A stretch of 63,614 bases of DNA, the filler included. It is 10 parts of 10 records of this genome, joined end to end, with 100 filler letters (N's around TTAATTAATTAA, not from the genome) between each part and the next. Parts side by side here need not be neighbours in the genome. Positions count along the whole stretch, not along the records: positions 7,382 to 13,543 come from SRR7504441_7899; positions 13,644 to 23,026 come from SRR7504441_7902; positions 23,127 to 31,003 come from SRR7504441_7904; 7 more parts are not named here. One strand, given 5' to 3'. Under the pieces are notes generated by a model. The model saw only the letters and a list, made by a program, of their open reading frames with translations, did not search any database and was not told where the DNA came from. The position numbers and the translations under genes are program-made. Below, piece by piece: positions 12,710 to 23,986 of this stretch; positions within the stretch are counted from its first letter, which is position 1, and every line of letters begins with the position of its first letter.

Positions 12710-13264
12710 TCAGGCCACCGCCACCGGGGCGGTCCGCCAGTCATCTCTGCATTGATCCACCCGCTCGAGCCGAGCCTGCAGCTTGCCGTTGGTCCGCCGC
12801 CGCCACTGGCGCATCACCTCGGCGCCCGGCCCGGCCGCCTGCATCCCGTCCAGCCTCAGCTGCTGCCGGAGCAGCCCTTCCTCGTACTCGATCAACGGGA
12901 CCGGCACTCCGCCCACCCGCTTGCCTTCCAGCGACATGTCGAACACCCACGGCTCGAACCGCGAGGCCTCCGCCTCGGCCGCCGCCAGCACGTTCGCCAG
13001 CTCGCCGCGCCGCTTGGCCAGGGCCTCCCGCGGCCGGTGCCGCCGGACCAACCAGCCCCGGACTGCCGCCTGCGCCCTGACGATCTTGGCCTGCTGCGCG
13101 GCCGCTCTGCTTGCATTGGCCTGCTGTCCGCGGTCCCGCTGGAGACGCGCGGTGGCGCCCAGATGCCGACCGAGCCCACCGGCCGGGCGGAAGGCTGGGT
13201 CCCGCCGGTGCAGCCTCCCGGGCTGGGTATAATGCCATCGTGGTGTGCCGTGTAGTTGCACCAT
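12710..13264 (-). CDS. IQ-motif plus BAG-domain co-chaperone
   Basis: IQ-like AQAAVRGWLVRR, then BAG-like EEGLLRQQLRLDGM...VMRQWRRRTNGKLQARLERVD. Confidence 0.7.
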   Translation of the reverse strand: MVQLHGTPRWHYTQPGRLHRRDPAFRPAGGLGRHLGATARLQRDRGQQANASRAAAQQAKIVRAQAAVRGWLVRRHRPREALAKRRGELANVLAAAEAEASRFEPWVFDMSLEGKRVGGVPVPLIEYEEGLLRQQLRLDGMQAAGPGAEVMRQWRRRTNGKLQARLERVDQCRDDWRTAPVAVA

Positions 13265-13392
13265 GTGTGCGGTCCAAATGGTTCTTCGACCCGCCCCGGG
13301 CGGCTTCTAAAAAAGAAGGAGTTCGCGAACCCTTCCCGCGCCAAAAGAGTTGCCAAACCGGCTGAACCACCGGGACACTTCCTTCACGACAC

Positions 13393-13543
13393 ATGGCGGA
13401 CTTCTATTCGCTGCTCGGGCTGCAGTCCAAGCAGCCCAGCGAGGCCGAGCTAAAGAAGGCGTACAAGAAGGCCGCGCTCAAGCACCACCCGGACAAGAAC
13501 CCTCAGGACCGGCAGGCGGCCGAGCGCCGGTTCAAGCGGGTGG
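13393..13543 (+). CDS. DnaJ/Hsp40 protein, N-terminal J-domain, truncated
   Basis: DFYSLLGL...ELKKAYKKAALKHHPDKNP (HPD motif). Confidence 0.93.
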
Positions 13544-13643
13544 NNNNNNNNNNNNNNNNNNNNNNNNNNNNNNNNNNNNNNNNNNNNTTAATTAATTAAN
13601 NNNNNNNNNNNNNNNNNNNNNNNNNNNNNNNNNNNNNNNNNNN

Positions 13644-13881
13644 ACCGGCGCCCGGCGATGCAATCGCAGTCCAACCGGCTTATGTGGCTCCCATTGACGC
13701 ACCTACGCCGCCGCCGCCGCCGCCGCCACTACCCGAGGTGCCGGATCCCAAAACGGAAGATGAAGCTCTGCCGGCTCAGCCTAGGCTCAGCTGGGCTCAG
13801 CCGCAGCCGCCGCCACCGCCACTACCCATAATGCTTGAGCCCAAATCGGAAGATGAAGAGAATGCGGAGGGTCAAATATAG
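13644..13881 (+). CDS. Proline-rich C-terminal fragment
   Basis: Two copies of PPPPPPLP-x4-PK(T/S)EDE, ending in TAG at 13881; 5' end truncated. Confidence 0.45.
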
Positions 13882-14068
13882 CGGCGGCTACCGAGCACGG
13901 AGCGGGGATATATGGACTTGCCAAACAGATTCCAAGTACATAAGATTAAGCTACGTACTCGTATGCGTAAAGTGCTCACGATTAGAGGTGTACTGACTGC
14001 TTACTAGTGGCGAACTCATACGCACATGCAGCTCATACTGAGCCTTGCCGCTGTACCGGGCCGTTAGC

Positions 14069-14768
14069 TCAAGCCTCCAGGCACGGGAACGCCATCAGGC
14101 CTGTGAACTGTTCGGTCGCCATGTATGCGCTGATGTTTGGCAGCGCCTTTACCCGGTCGTAGAAGGCCACCAGCTTGGGGAAGTCGGCTTTGATCGACGG
14201 GAACAAGTTGAAAGAGAAGTTGTGCAAAATGTCAAACATCGTCATATCCGCAACGCTCACCTTATCCCCCACGAAGTACTCGCTCTCGCCCAGGAGCCGC
14301 TCGAAGTTGGCAAAGTGGACCGGGATGACTGCGTTCTTAAGCTCGGCGATTGCCCCCGCGTCTGGGTTGCCCATGAGCGCTGGGAAGATCGGCTTGTATG
14401 CGCAGGTCCGGTAGTCATCTACGGCGGCGATCATATTGTCCACCGCGTACGCGCCTTCGTCGTCCTCGGGGTAGAGCCCGCCTTTGCGGGCTGCGTACCG
14501 GAGCACAGCCGACGACTGGGTGTAGGTTTTGCCGTTGGCCAGCTCGATCATCGGGACGTTGGTGGTCAAGTTGCCTGCCCTCCGCACCTCACAGGACACC
14601 GCAAGCAGGCTGGGCACCTCCGAGCTCTGTCCACTTGGCTTTCATCGCCGGCTCGGGCGGGAAAGCGGCCGATTCATCAGTAAACGGGATCCCGCCCTGC
14701 ACCAGCGTCCAGCGGATCTGCTGCCCCCGGCCCTGGGCCCCGTAGTAGTGGAACTTCACTCCCTCCAT
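14069..14768 (-). CDS. Glutathione S-transferase (sigma-like)
   Basis: KFHYYGAQGRGQQIRWTL...NVPMIE...TQSSAVLRYAARKGGLYP...YFVGDKVSVADM, with one GT-AG intron. Confidence 0.92.
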
Positions 14769-14837
14769 GTAGTAGGTGGATCTGCCCGGCTGGCCGGCTG
14801 GCAGAATAACGGAAACTGACAGCAACCTCTGAGACCC

Positions 14838-15582
14838 ATGCGCCCTGCCGCTTTGGTGGTGCTGCTGCTGGCCTGGCCGGCGGCCGGGCTCCCGCGATCT
14901 GAGTTCAGCTGCCCGGCGTACAGCGCCATCCGCCAACCGTCGGTGGACGCCTCCCGCTTCGACATCGGCGAGTTCGCTGGCACCTGGTTCATGGTAGCCC
15001 GCCCCGGCGCCCGGCGAGCCCGCACCAGCTGGCCACAACTGAGCCAACCATGCCGGGGTTCTGCAAGTGCGTGATCAACAGCGTCGCCGTTAACAAGCCG
15101 ACCGAGTACGAGTACAAGACGATCGCCAACTGCCTCGGCCGCAACATCACCATCCCTATCAAAGGCGACCGCGGCATGCTCACACCCCCCAGCCGGCCGG
15201 GCAGGCGAGCTGTCCAGGGACCCGGAGTCGCCGGGGGCGCTGCACGAGAACGCGGCCCTGTTCAACCACACCGTTGGGGCGCTGGATCCCAACTACGGTG
15301 CGCCGGCCGGGGCTGCGCCCATCCGAGGGGCCAGTGTTCCATGTGGAGCGGGCGGAGGGCGGAACGGGCCCGATCGTGCGAGCGTACACGTACGCTTGTT
15401 TGGGCAAAATCCTGGGCAGCGAGAAGTTTAGCTTCAACGTGCTCTCGCGGAGCCACGCACTCGACCAGCCTCAGATTGAGAGGTTGATCGATGGGTTGAA
15501 CAAGACTGCTACAGCGCTGATGGACACTGCCGGTATGCGGTACAACACTGCCGCCGCCTACGCCAAATGTGGGGTACGGTAG
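14838..15582 (+). CDS. Secreted lipocalin-like protein
   Basis: Signal peptide, FDIGEFAGTWFM (lipocalin SCR1-like) and NVLSRS. Three 35-40-nt introns, including GC-AG 15165-15204. Confidence 0.6.
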
Positions 15583-15678
15583 AGCAGGCGCTGCGTGCTG
15601 AGATGGATTGATGAGATCACGACGGTTCAACTAATCATCGCACACTAACTAAAATTAAATCAGGTGAGCAACGCCAGC

Positions 15679-16490
15679 TCAAATGGTCTCTGCGGCTTGG
15701 AGAAACCTTCGGGCTTTGACCCCTTTGATCCCGATCTCCTCTAGATCCGATTGCTGTACGAACTTGAGGTCTTCGAGCTCCGTCACCCCGAGCTGGTCGC
15801 GCACCGCTGCCTCGTATTCCCCGGCCCCGACCCCCGCCAGCCAGCTACCCAAATCTCCCGAGCTCGGCACAACGAACATATCAGCCACCGTGTTGAGCGG
15901 TGCATTGTCAGTGATAATGGAGGGGCCGTTCTCCATGTAAGGCTTGGGCCCGGCATTGCAAGCACACCAGTCCTCTTCTCGCGACTGGTTGGCCCAATCG
16001 CATGCCCCGCTGAAGCCGCCACAGGCTCCGAACGGCACGATCTGCACATAACCGACGTCGAGGCACTCGCTGCCCCGCCCAATCAGTCGGCCGGCGAGCC
16101 GTCCACTCACAAGAGAATCTGCGCTATCCGCTGCCTGCCCTCGCCGGATGTGATCTCCGCGTCGGTTGCGTCGGTTGCCTCCTTTCTCACTGTGGGCATG
16201 GGCTCCGAGAGCAGCAGGCGGATCTGGGACCGCTCCCCGCCAAAGTCATCCAAGATGCTGACCATCTGGTCCTCCCAGGCGGCGTAGTCCCGCAGAAAGC
16301 ACACCGAGCCCACCCCGGGGCTGAGCACCTTATGGCTCGCCGGGAACCAGGCCGTTTGGATCCGCTCAAGCGGGCAGGCCTCGAACGCCCCGGAGTCGGG
16401 GTAGGCGCTCACCGCCCCGGGCTCGTGCGCCCAGGCAGCCTTCCAGGTGACCACCTCATCGGCGGCGAACTCGACCACCAGAGTTGGCAT
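15679..16490 (-). CDS. Protein with a C-terminal SAM domain
   Basis: LGSWLAGVGAGEYEAAVRDQLGVTELEDLKFVQQSDLEEIGIKGVKARRFL, with one GT-AG intron. Confidence 0.7.
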
Positions 16491-16565
16491 CCTTCCGATC
16501 TCGCCAACCGCTCTGAAAAGCAGTTGTTGTAACTGAAACGGCCACTGAGGAGCCGAGCCGGGGAC

Positions 16566-17450
16566 ATGCTGTTTTGGCTGCTCGCGGGCGCGGTGGTGGT
16601 GGCTGGCTGCCGGTACCTTTACTCTTTGCTCCCGGCACGGGCTACCCCGGCGAATTATGGAGAATGGGCTCTGGTCGTTGGCGCGTCCGCCGGGATTGGA
16701 GAGGCGCTTTGCCGCGAGCTGGCCGGTCGTGGTTTCAAGATTGTACTCGTGGCCCGTAAGAAGGCGCCACTGGAAGCGCTGGCGGGCCAACTCGATACGG
16801 ACGTCAAGATAATTACGGCGGATGCCGGCTCGATCGAAGGTATCCGCAGTATCATCGACCAAGTGGGGGCGGCCGGATTGAGCCCGGGGCTCCTGGCCAC
16901 AGTGGCCGGTGTCGAGACGATGGGATATTTCGTAGAAGGCGACGACCGGAAGCATGAATTGATGATCAACCTGAACTGCGTGGCGCCGGCCATGCTTGCC
17001 AGGCACTTTGGTGCCCAGATGGCCGAGAAGGGCCGAGGGGGGATCCTGCTGGTCTCGTCGCTCTCGGGGCACATGACACAGCCGTACATGAGTCTGTACG
17101 GCGCCACCAAGGCCTTCACTTCCTCGTTGGGCGAATCCCTCTTTCTCGAGATGCAGGATAAGAATGTCGATGTTGCCGTGCTCTCTCCTGGCCCCGTGGC
17201 GACGCAAATGATTGCCAACAATGGACTGCAACTTGGCAAGTTTGGCATCAATACTGTCCAGCCGGAGCAAGCGGCGCTGGCCGGGCTCAATGCGCTCGGC
17301 CGTTTCTCACTGGCGGTACCTAGCTTCCAGATGCAAGCCAATGCGGCGGTCTTCACCTCGCTCCCACGTGTGCTGATGCAGCCGATGGCCAAGTGGATGC
17401 AAAAGACGGCTGTGTTTGAGGCGATCGGCCGGGCGAGCAAGAAGGCTTGA
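16566..17450 (+). CDS. Short-chain dehydrogenase/reductase (17beta-HSD/KAR-like)
   Basis: YGEWALVVGASAGIG and the catalytic YGATK; intronless. Confidence 0.92.
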   Translation: MLFWLLAGAVVVAGCRYLYSLLPARATPANYGEWALVVGASAGIGEALCRELAGRGFKIVLVARKKAPLEALAGQLDTDVKIITADAGSIEGIRSIIDQVGAAGLSPGLLATVAGVETMGYFVEGDDRKHELMINLNCVAPAMLARHFGAQMAEKGRGGILLVSSLSGHMTQPYMSLYGATKAFTSSLGESLFLEMQDKNVDVAVLSPGPVATQMIANNGLQLGKFGINTVQPEQAALAGLNALGRFSLAVPSFQMQANAAVFTSLPRVLMQPMAKWMQKTAVFEAIGRASKKA

Positions 17451-17721
17451 CCAAACCCAAATAGTATCAATTCATGCAGACTACTCAAGACTATGAACAC
17501 TCACGCACTCACTAAACCATACACAACATACCATGACGTAAAAAGTAGGGTGTATAGAATATTGTGTAAAGCTCAGAGCCTCTACAGAGCCTCTCATACT
17601 GGTAGTGGGCTACACACTGTAGTTGCTATTCGTTTTAGAATTTTAGATGTAAAGGTAAACTGCCTCTACAGGTTACTTGTGGACTCAATAATAACGGTAA
17701 TATTAATAACGGCTCTCGGAG

Positions 17722-20521
17722 ATGTCCACGGCTCTTTGGCTGCTCTTGCCGGCGCTGGCGGCGGCGGCCGAGTTCCACAACCACGGGACCCGCCCGGAAG
17801 TAACCAAATCGTTCGACTGCGAGGCCCGGGCCCACGCACTCCGGTTCGCTCGGGGCACCCTGCCCGAGCGCGGCCAGTTCCGCACCGCGTTTGAGGCGCT
17901 CCAGCTGGAGGCGTGTGGACTGCCCATCCCCTCTGAGTACGACAGCTACACCCCGCCCCAGCTGCCCCCGCCCCACGGCGGGCTAAGCATCTGGGCCGAC
18001 CCCTCCGCCGACCCCAAACGGGCCGATGGCTCCCCCGGTGCGCCGTTCGCCACGCTCGAGGCGGCGGTGGCAGCGGCCAAGAGGCCAGGTGGCGCGACGA
18101 TCATGCTCCGCGCCGGGACCTACTACACGGCGGGCGTGCTGATCACCGCGGAGCATTCCAATCTGACCATCCAGAACGCCGCCGGGGCGCAAGTTGTCGT
18201 TAGCGGAGCGGTCCCACTCCCCAACAGCAAGCCCGCCTGGAGCCTGCACGACCAACGGACAAACACCTGGCGGCTGGACCTCTCCGCGGCCAGCGGACTG
18301 CCAGGCCGCTCGCTCGGGCTGCGGGTGGGCGGTTTGCGAGCGATTCGTGCCAAGTTTCCGAATGGCGCCAATCCAGAAGTTGCGGTGCCGCCTCTGTGAC
18401 TGGCGGCTGCTGAGCCCAGGGGCAGGCGGCATACTGCCAGATTCCTCTCGGGAACGCCTCCTCACCGGGAGTGTACATGAATGGGTCCGGGGTGAGCGAG
18501 AATTATCCCAAATACTTTCCTAGGGAGCATGCCCCGGTCAACAGCACGCTCGAGTTCTGGGCACACCCCGCCGACTGGCCCCAAACATTCTGGCACCCCG
18601 CGGACTCGGCCCATCCCCAAGCTATTGGCGGCTATGGGCCGTACTTCTACGCTTCAGGGGGGGTCTGCTCCGGCCGGGCCCCTGATCATGGCTACTGGTG
18701 CTCTCAACAAAATCCACGAGGCTCACTCGGGCAGCACCTCATCGATCCGCCTGGAGGGTTTGAATACGCGGAGGTGCTGCCGCAGGCGGGCAGCTACCGC
18801 CAGCCTGAGACAGCGGTGTTCCATGCCCGCGGTGGCAGCTACCCTTACTTTTCGTACATGTGCAAAGTAGATAGCGTTTCGGGCGGGAGCGTGAGGTTTG
18901 ATCACGCTGTTGGATGCGATCAGGGCGGGCCTACGCCCACCCAGCCGGGTAAGGCTTGGGACTGGTGGATTGAGAATGTCCTCGAGGAGTGCGACGCTCC
19001 TGGCGAGTATTATTACGACCCAGCAGCCAAAGCGCTGTACTACACATTCAACGCCAGCCAGGCGCCAACGGGGCAGGAAGAGCTAGCAATGCCAAATACT
19101 AAGGTAATTTTCAACATCAGCGGGTCGCAGGCCAGGCCAGTGAGCAATGTCACCATCCAGGGCCTGACCATTCGTGATGCTGCGCTCACCTACATGGGCA
19201 CCGAAGCTGCAGACGTGCACTGGCTGCCCAGCGAAGGCGACTGGGCGCTGCAGAGGTCCGGCGCAATCACGATCGAGGGTGCCCGAGACGTGACCATCCA
19301 CCGGAATCAAATCACTCGGTGCGACGGGAACGGAATCTTTCTCGGGGGATACACGCGCGGAGTCCGCATAACAGCCAACGACATGAATTGGATAGGCGAC
19401 AGCCCGATGGCTGCGTTCGGGTGGACCAGCGAATGCCTAGATGCCAACTGTTCAGTCAAGCTCCCTGCGAAAGTCGGACCCGACGGACGGAGTGGCGAGC
19501 AGCCGCGTGGAACGTATGTGGCTGGTAACCTTGTCCGTGAGTACGGGATATGGCAAAAGCAATCCTCTGCGTGGTTCCAGGCACTGGCAGCAGGCACCAC
19601 CCTGGTGTCGAACGGTACTACGAGCAAACTGTGACCCGACTGACTGATGTGCTGCAGTGTTCTTTAACGGGCCAAGAGCGGCGGTCAACTTCAACGATGG
19701 TTGGTGCAGCACCCGCTAGCCCGATTAATTGTGTGGCAGCGTTTGGGGGCGGCGACAGAGTGGTCGGCAACCTGATGTTCAACCACGTCCGCGAGACCGT
19801 AGACCACGGTGCTAGCCCACGGAGCTTGCTGGCTGAGAGCTGCGTGCAGGGCTACTCAACGCCTGGGAGCGCGGACCGTACATCAGCGACATTGGATACG
19901 TCTCAGCGGACGGCACCAACCTGAGGCCTACATCTGCCGAGCTAGCAGCCGGGGCGACCCCAGGATTCAGATTGGACCAGTCTGTTGGTGGCTCTGTCGT
20001 GGGGCAGTACAGGCACCTGGCGCACAACTTTCTGCTGGGAAACTACAACGTGAACTCGAATCTGGAGACGGATGATGGCTCGAGCCGATACCTGCTTTAC
20101 AAGAACTACTTCGTCTATTCGACAGCCGCGACAGACTTTGCGATGAACTCCCGTTGGAACTACCAAGTGGGTTGCTGCTTGTAATTTGATAGTTGCGTGT
20201 GATCATTGGGGCTGGCAGGTAGACAATGTATACGGTTATCCTCAAAGCATACTAGCAGGCTGGGGTGACAACACACCGGCTGCAGATTGCTTTGTGTACA
20301 ACGGCACCTTCTTCATGCTGGGCGATCACCCGCTTTGTAGCGGCAACTTTGCCAATGCTGTGCTTGACTCGAGTACTGTGCATACGCTTGCGAGCAACAT
20401 GACCGCATGCCACCCAGCCGCAAGCAAGGCAGTGTCGCTAGCCCCACCGGCACCAGATGCGGTGGTGACAGCCCACGCCGAGCGCACTTTAGTGCCCTAC
20501 CCCAAACCATACACCCATTGA
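17722..20521 (+). CDS. Secreted right-handed beta-helix (pectin-lyase-fold) protein
   Basis: Signal peptide; DGSPGAPFATLEAAV, LRAGTYY, ENVLEECDAPGEYYYD, GDWALQRSGA, FFNGPRAAVNFNDAFGGG, LETDDGS. About 5 short introns. Confidence 0.8.
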
Positions 20522-20798
20522 GCGATTCAAGTGGGGGTTCAGCTCGCCTTTATTAAGGCATTAACTTAATCAAGGCTAACTATAAAAAAAAGACTCTGAC
20601 ATGACATGTGTGTTATTAGGGAACGTTCTCCGGCGCACATGCTGGGAGGGCGGCCTTGTTACGTAGTATCAAGCAATAAACTACGTATCAAGCCTGAGCA
20701 CCCTCGACAGCTGCACGCCACGGGCTGCAATTTTTCCGTTGGTCTGGTCGATTGCCCTCTGACATCACGCCCGCCTGTGCAGGCTGGACCCCGAACAG

Positions 20799-21511
20799 AT
20801 GATCAATCTCGGGAGCCCCGACGACTCCCGCCTGCCCGATCCGCCGGTGGCCCTCCCCGAGTATTGGGCACCGATCCGGCTCTTTGGCGGCCCCGGGCTG
20901 GACATCACCGCGCCGGTCGCGGCAGCCCCGGGGCACTACAGAGACAGCTGCTCGGACTGCTGCGCTGACCCGCCGCTCTGTCTGCACGCTTGCTGCTGCG
21001 CCCCTTGCCTGGCCGGTCAGCTCTGGGAGAAGCTCATAGTGCGCCCTGCGCCCGGGCCGGCTCACCCCCAGGGCAGGGCGGCAGGGGATCGTGCTGCAAG
21101 ATCGCCGGGATCATCATCCTTTCCACCCTGGTCCCTTGGTTCGGCCAGTGGATCGCGCTCGCCCTGCTGGTCGTCACAACCATCCAAATACTGGCCGTTT
21201 TCGTCCGGAGGTTCCGGATTCCGGTCCGGGAGCGGCCCTCCTGCCTCACAGTTCTCTGCTGCTCCCCATGCGTGCTCACCCAGATGGCCCGAACCATATA
21301 TGACCGACAGGCCATATCGGGCTGCTGCAACTTCTCCCCAACGCTCGACCCTCCCGGCCCGGTTGACTACCTGTGGGCAGTGCAACCTGCACCAGGCACG
21401 GTCGAGGCGGTTCCGCTGGTGCCGGCTGTGGTGGTGGAGGACCCACCGAGCTATGAAGAGGTCCAAAGCACCGGCAAGAAGTCGTCTGGACCGTCCAATC
21501 AGCAGCATTGA
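20799..21511 (+). CDS. PLAC8-family Cys-rich membrane protein
   Basis: DCCADPPLCLHACCCAPCLAGQ and CLTVLCCSPCVLTQMAR, with one intron. Confidence 0.8.
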
Positions 21512-21841
21512 CCGAATCCGCATCTGTGCTGCCATACTTACATCTACGTCTACTCGTACGAGTATGAATCAATTACAAGTAGTTGAACGTGAATGCGATT
21601 GCGGGTTATGTGAGCCTTTAGTGTGACATTTAGGCCCCGACTTTCTAATAAATGTACTAATATTGTTTAGAGTCAGTACATGTACAGCTTAGTAAATATG
21701 AGCCTGAATGCGATTCAACAGTGTATGCAATATTGAACGCTAACACACTCGTTCGAGCAAGTCAGCACTGCCTGCGGGCAGTGCTTGCAATGCAATAAAT
21801 TCATTTTCAAGATTCCATCAGGCTCGAGCTCATCTTGTCAA

Positions 21842-23026
21842 TCAGGTCGTCAAGAAATCCAAACACTGAGCGCAACTGCCAACCAACTTGCCGTGCACGC
21901 AGGTAACCGACATTTCAAGCGCAATCGCTCGCATCCGAGGGTAGATCGGCGACTCCCGCAGCACCCCAGCCGTTGACAGCTCCGCCGCGCCATCTCGCTC
22001 ATCCCCCACCGCCGCTCCAAGATTGCTTCGCTGCACAAACAATTGTCGTACCGACGACCCGGCCAGCCCATCCGCCAGCCGGACCGCCCCCGCATTGCCC
22101 AGTTTGTTGCCGCACAGCCGGACAATCTCCAGCTTGGAGCCGCCCCACGCCCCGGCCAGCGCTCCAGCCCCTGCCTCCCCGATCTCATTCGACCCCAAGT
22201 CCAAATCCGTCAGACGCTCCGCCCGTATCAGCCCGCCCACCAGCGCCGCTACCCCGCGGTCGCCCAGATGGTTCTTGGCCGCGTCCAGCACGGCGATAGC
22301 GCTACCGTCCAGAAGCTCAGCAAGCGCAGCCGCCCCCTCGGAACACAGCCGATTATTTGACACGTTCAGCTCTGTCAGGGCGCCAAAGCCCCCCCGGTGC
22401 GCCGCTAGCGCCACCCCGCCGTCCGGCCCCAGCCGGTTTGTGCTCAAATCCAGCGTCCTCAACCGGGAACGTGCCAGCCCGCTGGCCAAGGCCCCGGCCG
22501 CCCCGGCCCCGAGCCGATTCCCTGGCAACCCGAGTTCAGAGACCCGGGTGTCTGGCAGGGCGTCGGCCAGCATCCGCACCGCGTCCAGCGTCAGCCCGTT
22601 CCGGCCGAGCTGCAGCTTGGTGATCCTGGTTGTGGGCAGCCCCCGGCAGAGCGCACGCAGCCCGGTCGGCCCGACTCTGTTGCGGCCGAGGTCGAGGGCG
22701 ACCACCCCGGAGCCGGGGAGTATCTGGGCCAGCTCAGCCGCACCGTCGGCGTCTAGCATTTTGCCACGAAGCTCCAGCCGTACCCCTGTGCGCACGAAGT
22801 GCTCGAGCGCCCCGAGGTCAGCCCGGCAGACTGGGGCGGTGCGGAGGGGGCAGCCGGCGGCCGCCGCGTGCCAGGCCCTGCTCACGGCCCGGACGAGCAC
22901 CAGGTCCGCATGCCGCAGGATCCGGTGGAGCAGCTCGTCGCACAGCTCGGTCGTACAGGCAGACTGGCGACCCACCATCTGAGAGGCAATCTTGGCGGCT
23001 CCCAAATGGTAGTAGTTGGGATCATT
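21842..23026 (-). CDS. RNI-like LRR protein with an F-box-like N-terminus
   Basis: LCDELLHRIL...VRAVSRAW, then 28-aa LxLxxNxxGxxGAxxLA repeats. Confidence 0.85.
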   Translation of the reverse strand, partial: NDPNYYHLGAAKIASQMVGRQSACTTELCDELLHRILRHADLVLVRAVSRAWHAAAAGCPLRTAPVCRADLGALEHFVRTGVRLELRGKMLDADGAAELAQILPGSGVVALDLGRNRVGPTGLRALCRGLPTTRITKLQLGRNGLTLDAVRMLADALPDTRVSELGLPGNRLGAGAAGALASGLARSRLRTLDLSTNRLGPDGGVALAAHRGGFGALTELNVSNNRLCSEGAAALAELLDGSAIAVLDAAKNHLGDRGVAALVGGLIRAERLTDLDLGSNEIGEAGAGALAGAWGGSKLEIVRLCGNKLGNAGAVRLADGLAGSSVRQLFVQRSNLGAAVGDERDGAAELSTAGVLRESPIYPRMRAIALEMSVTCVHGKLVGSCAQCLDFLTT

Positions 23027-23126
23027 NNNNNNNNNNNNNNNNNNNNNNNNNNNNNNNNNNNNNNNNNNNNTTAATTAATTAANNNNNNNNNNNNNNNNNN
23101 NNNNNNNNNNNNNNNNNNNNNNNNNN

Positions 23127-23857
23127 GGCCGGCGGGCGCGATGCTCGCCCGCAGCCTCGCCTGGCGCCGGGCCACGCTGCCGGTGCCCGCTCTCCCGGGG
23201 CTGCCGGGCTGGCTGCACACCGGCGGTGCCGCCCGGGATCGGACCCCGCTGGTGCTAGTCCAAGGAGGCCGGTACGACCGCGCGGCCGGCCGGCCGGAGC
23301 AGTACGCACTGTCAGTGGTCCGTTGCCTGGAGAACTGGCCGCCGGCCGACCCGGCGCGGCTCACCGTGCTGGTCGATACGCGGCCCCGGCCCGGCTGGCC
23401 AAACCACCCGGTGCCGGCTGCAACTGAATCTAACGGAACGGTGCCAGGCCTGGAGGCTGGCCCCGTTCTTCCGGGCGGTGGGAGGGCTGCTCCGGGATCA
23501 CTACCCGGAGCGATTGGAGCGGCTGGTGATCTTCCCAGTGCCTCGTCTGGCCGGCTGGTGCCCCCGGGCCGGCAGCGGCTTGGCAGCCCGGGCCGGCAGG
23601 GTGTGGCCGCTGGTACGTCCGTTGTTGGATCGACGGACCGCCGACAAGGCGACTGGCTGCGGGGGGCGGGCTGAGGCTGTGTCAGGTGGTGCTGCTGGAG
23701 GGCTCAGCGACTGGAGGGTGCCCCGAGGCGCTGTGGCAGTGGGTAGACCCCAGCAGGCGCCCGGCCCGGGGGGGCGGCGTGACAGTGCGGCAGGCTGCCG
23801 GACGGGATGCGGGCCGCGCTGCACCCGGGCCCAATCGGAGGCCAGGCCGGCGGCTAG
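23127..23857 (+). CDS. CRAL-TRIO/Sec14-like lipid-binding protein, 5'-truncated
   Basis: LLRDHYPERLERLVIFPVP...VWPLVRPLLDRRTADKVVLL. Four introns, two of them GC-AG (23649-23685, 23757-23793). Confidence 0.75.
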
Positions 23858-23986
23858 ATTTAGGCCGGTGCTATGAATTAATTATTCATTAATTCGTCCG
23901 AGGATGTAGTCGATCGGCAGCCCATAGTCTGGGCCGTTGGTCACACTACGCAGACTCGCCGACCAGCGACTCAACCGACCTGCGTC

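Noticed and set aside
16290-16328. Possible 39-nt intron ending in non-canonical CGG
   Set aside because: It is in frame, stop-free and plausible as coding sequence (VLSPGVGSVCFLR). There is no evidence that it is spliced.
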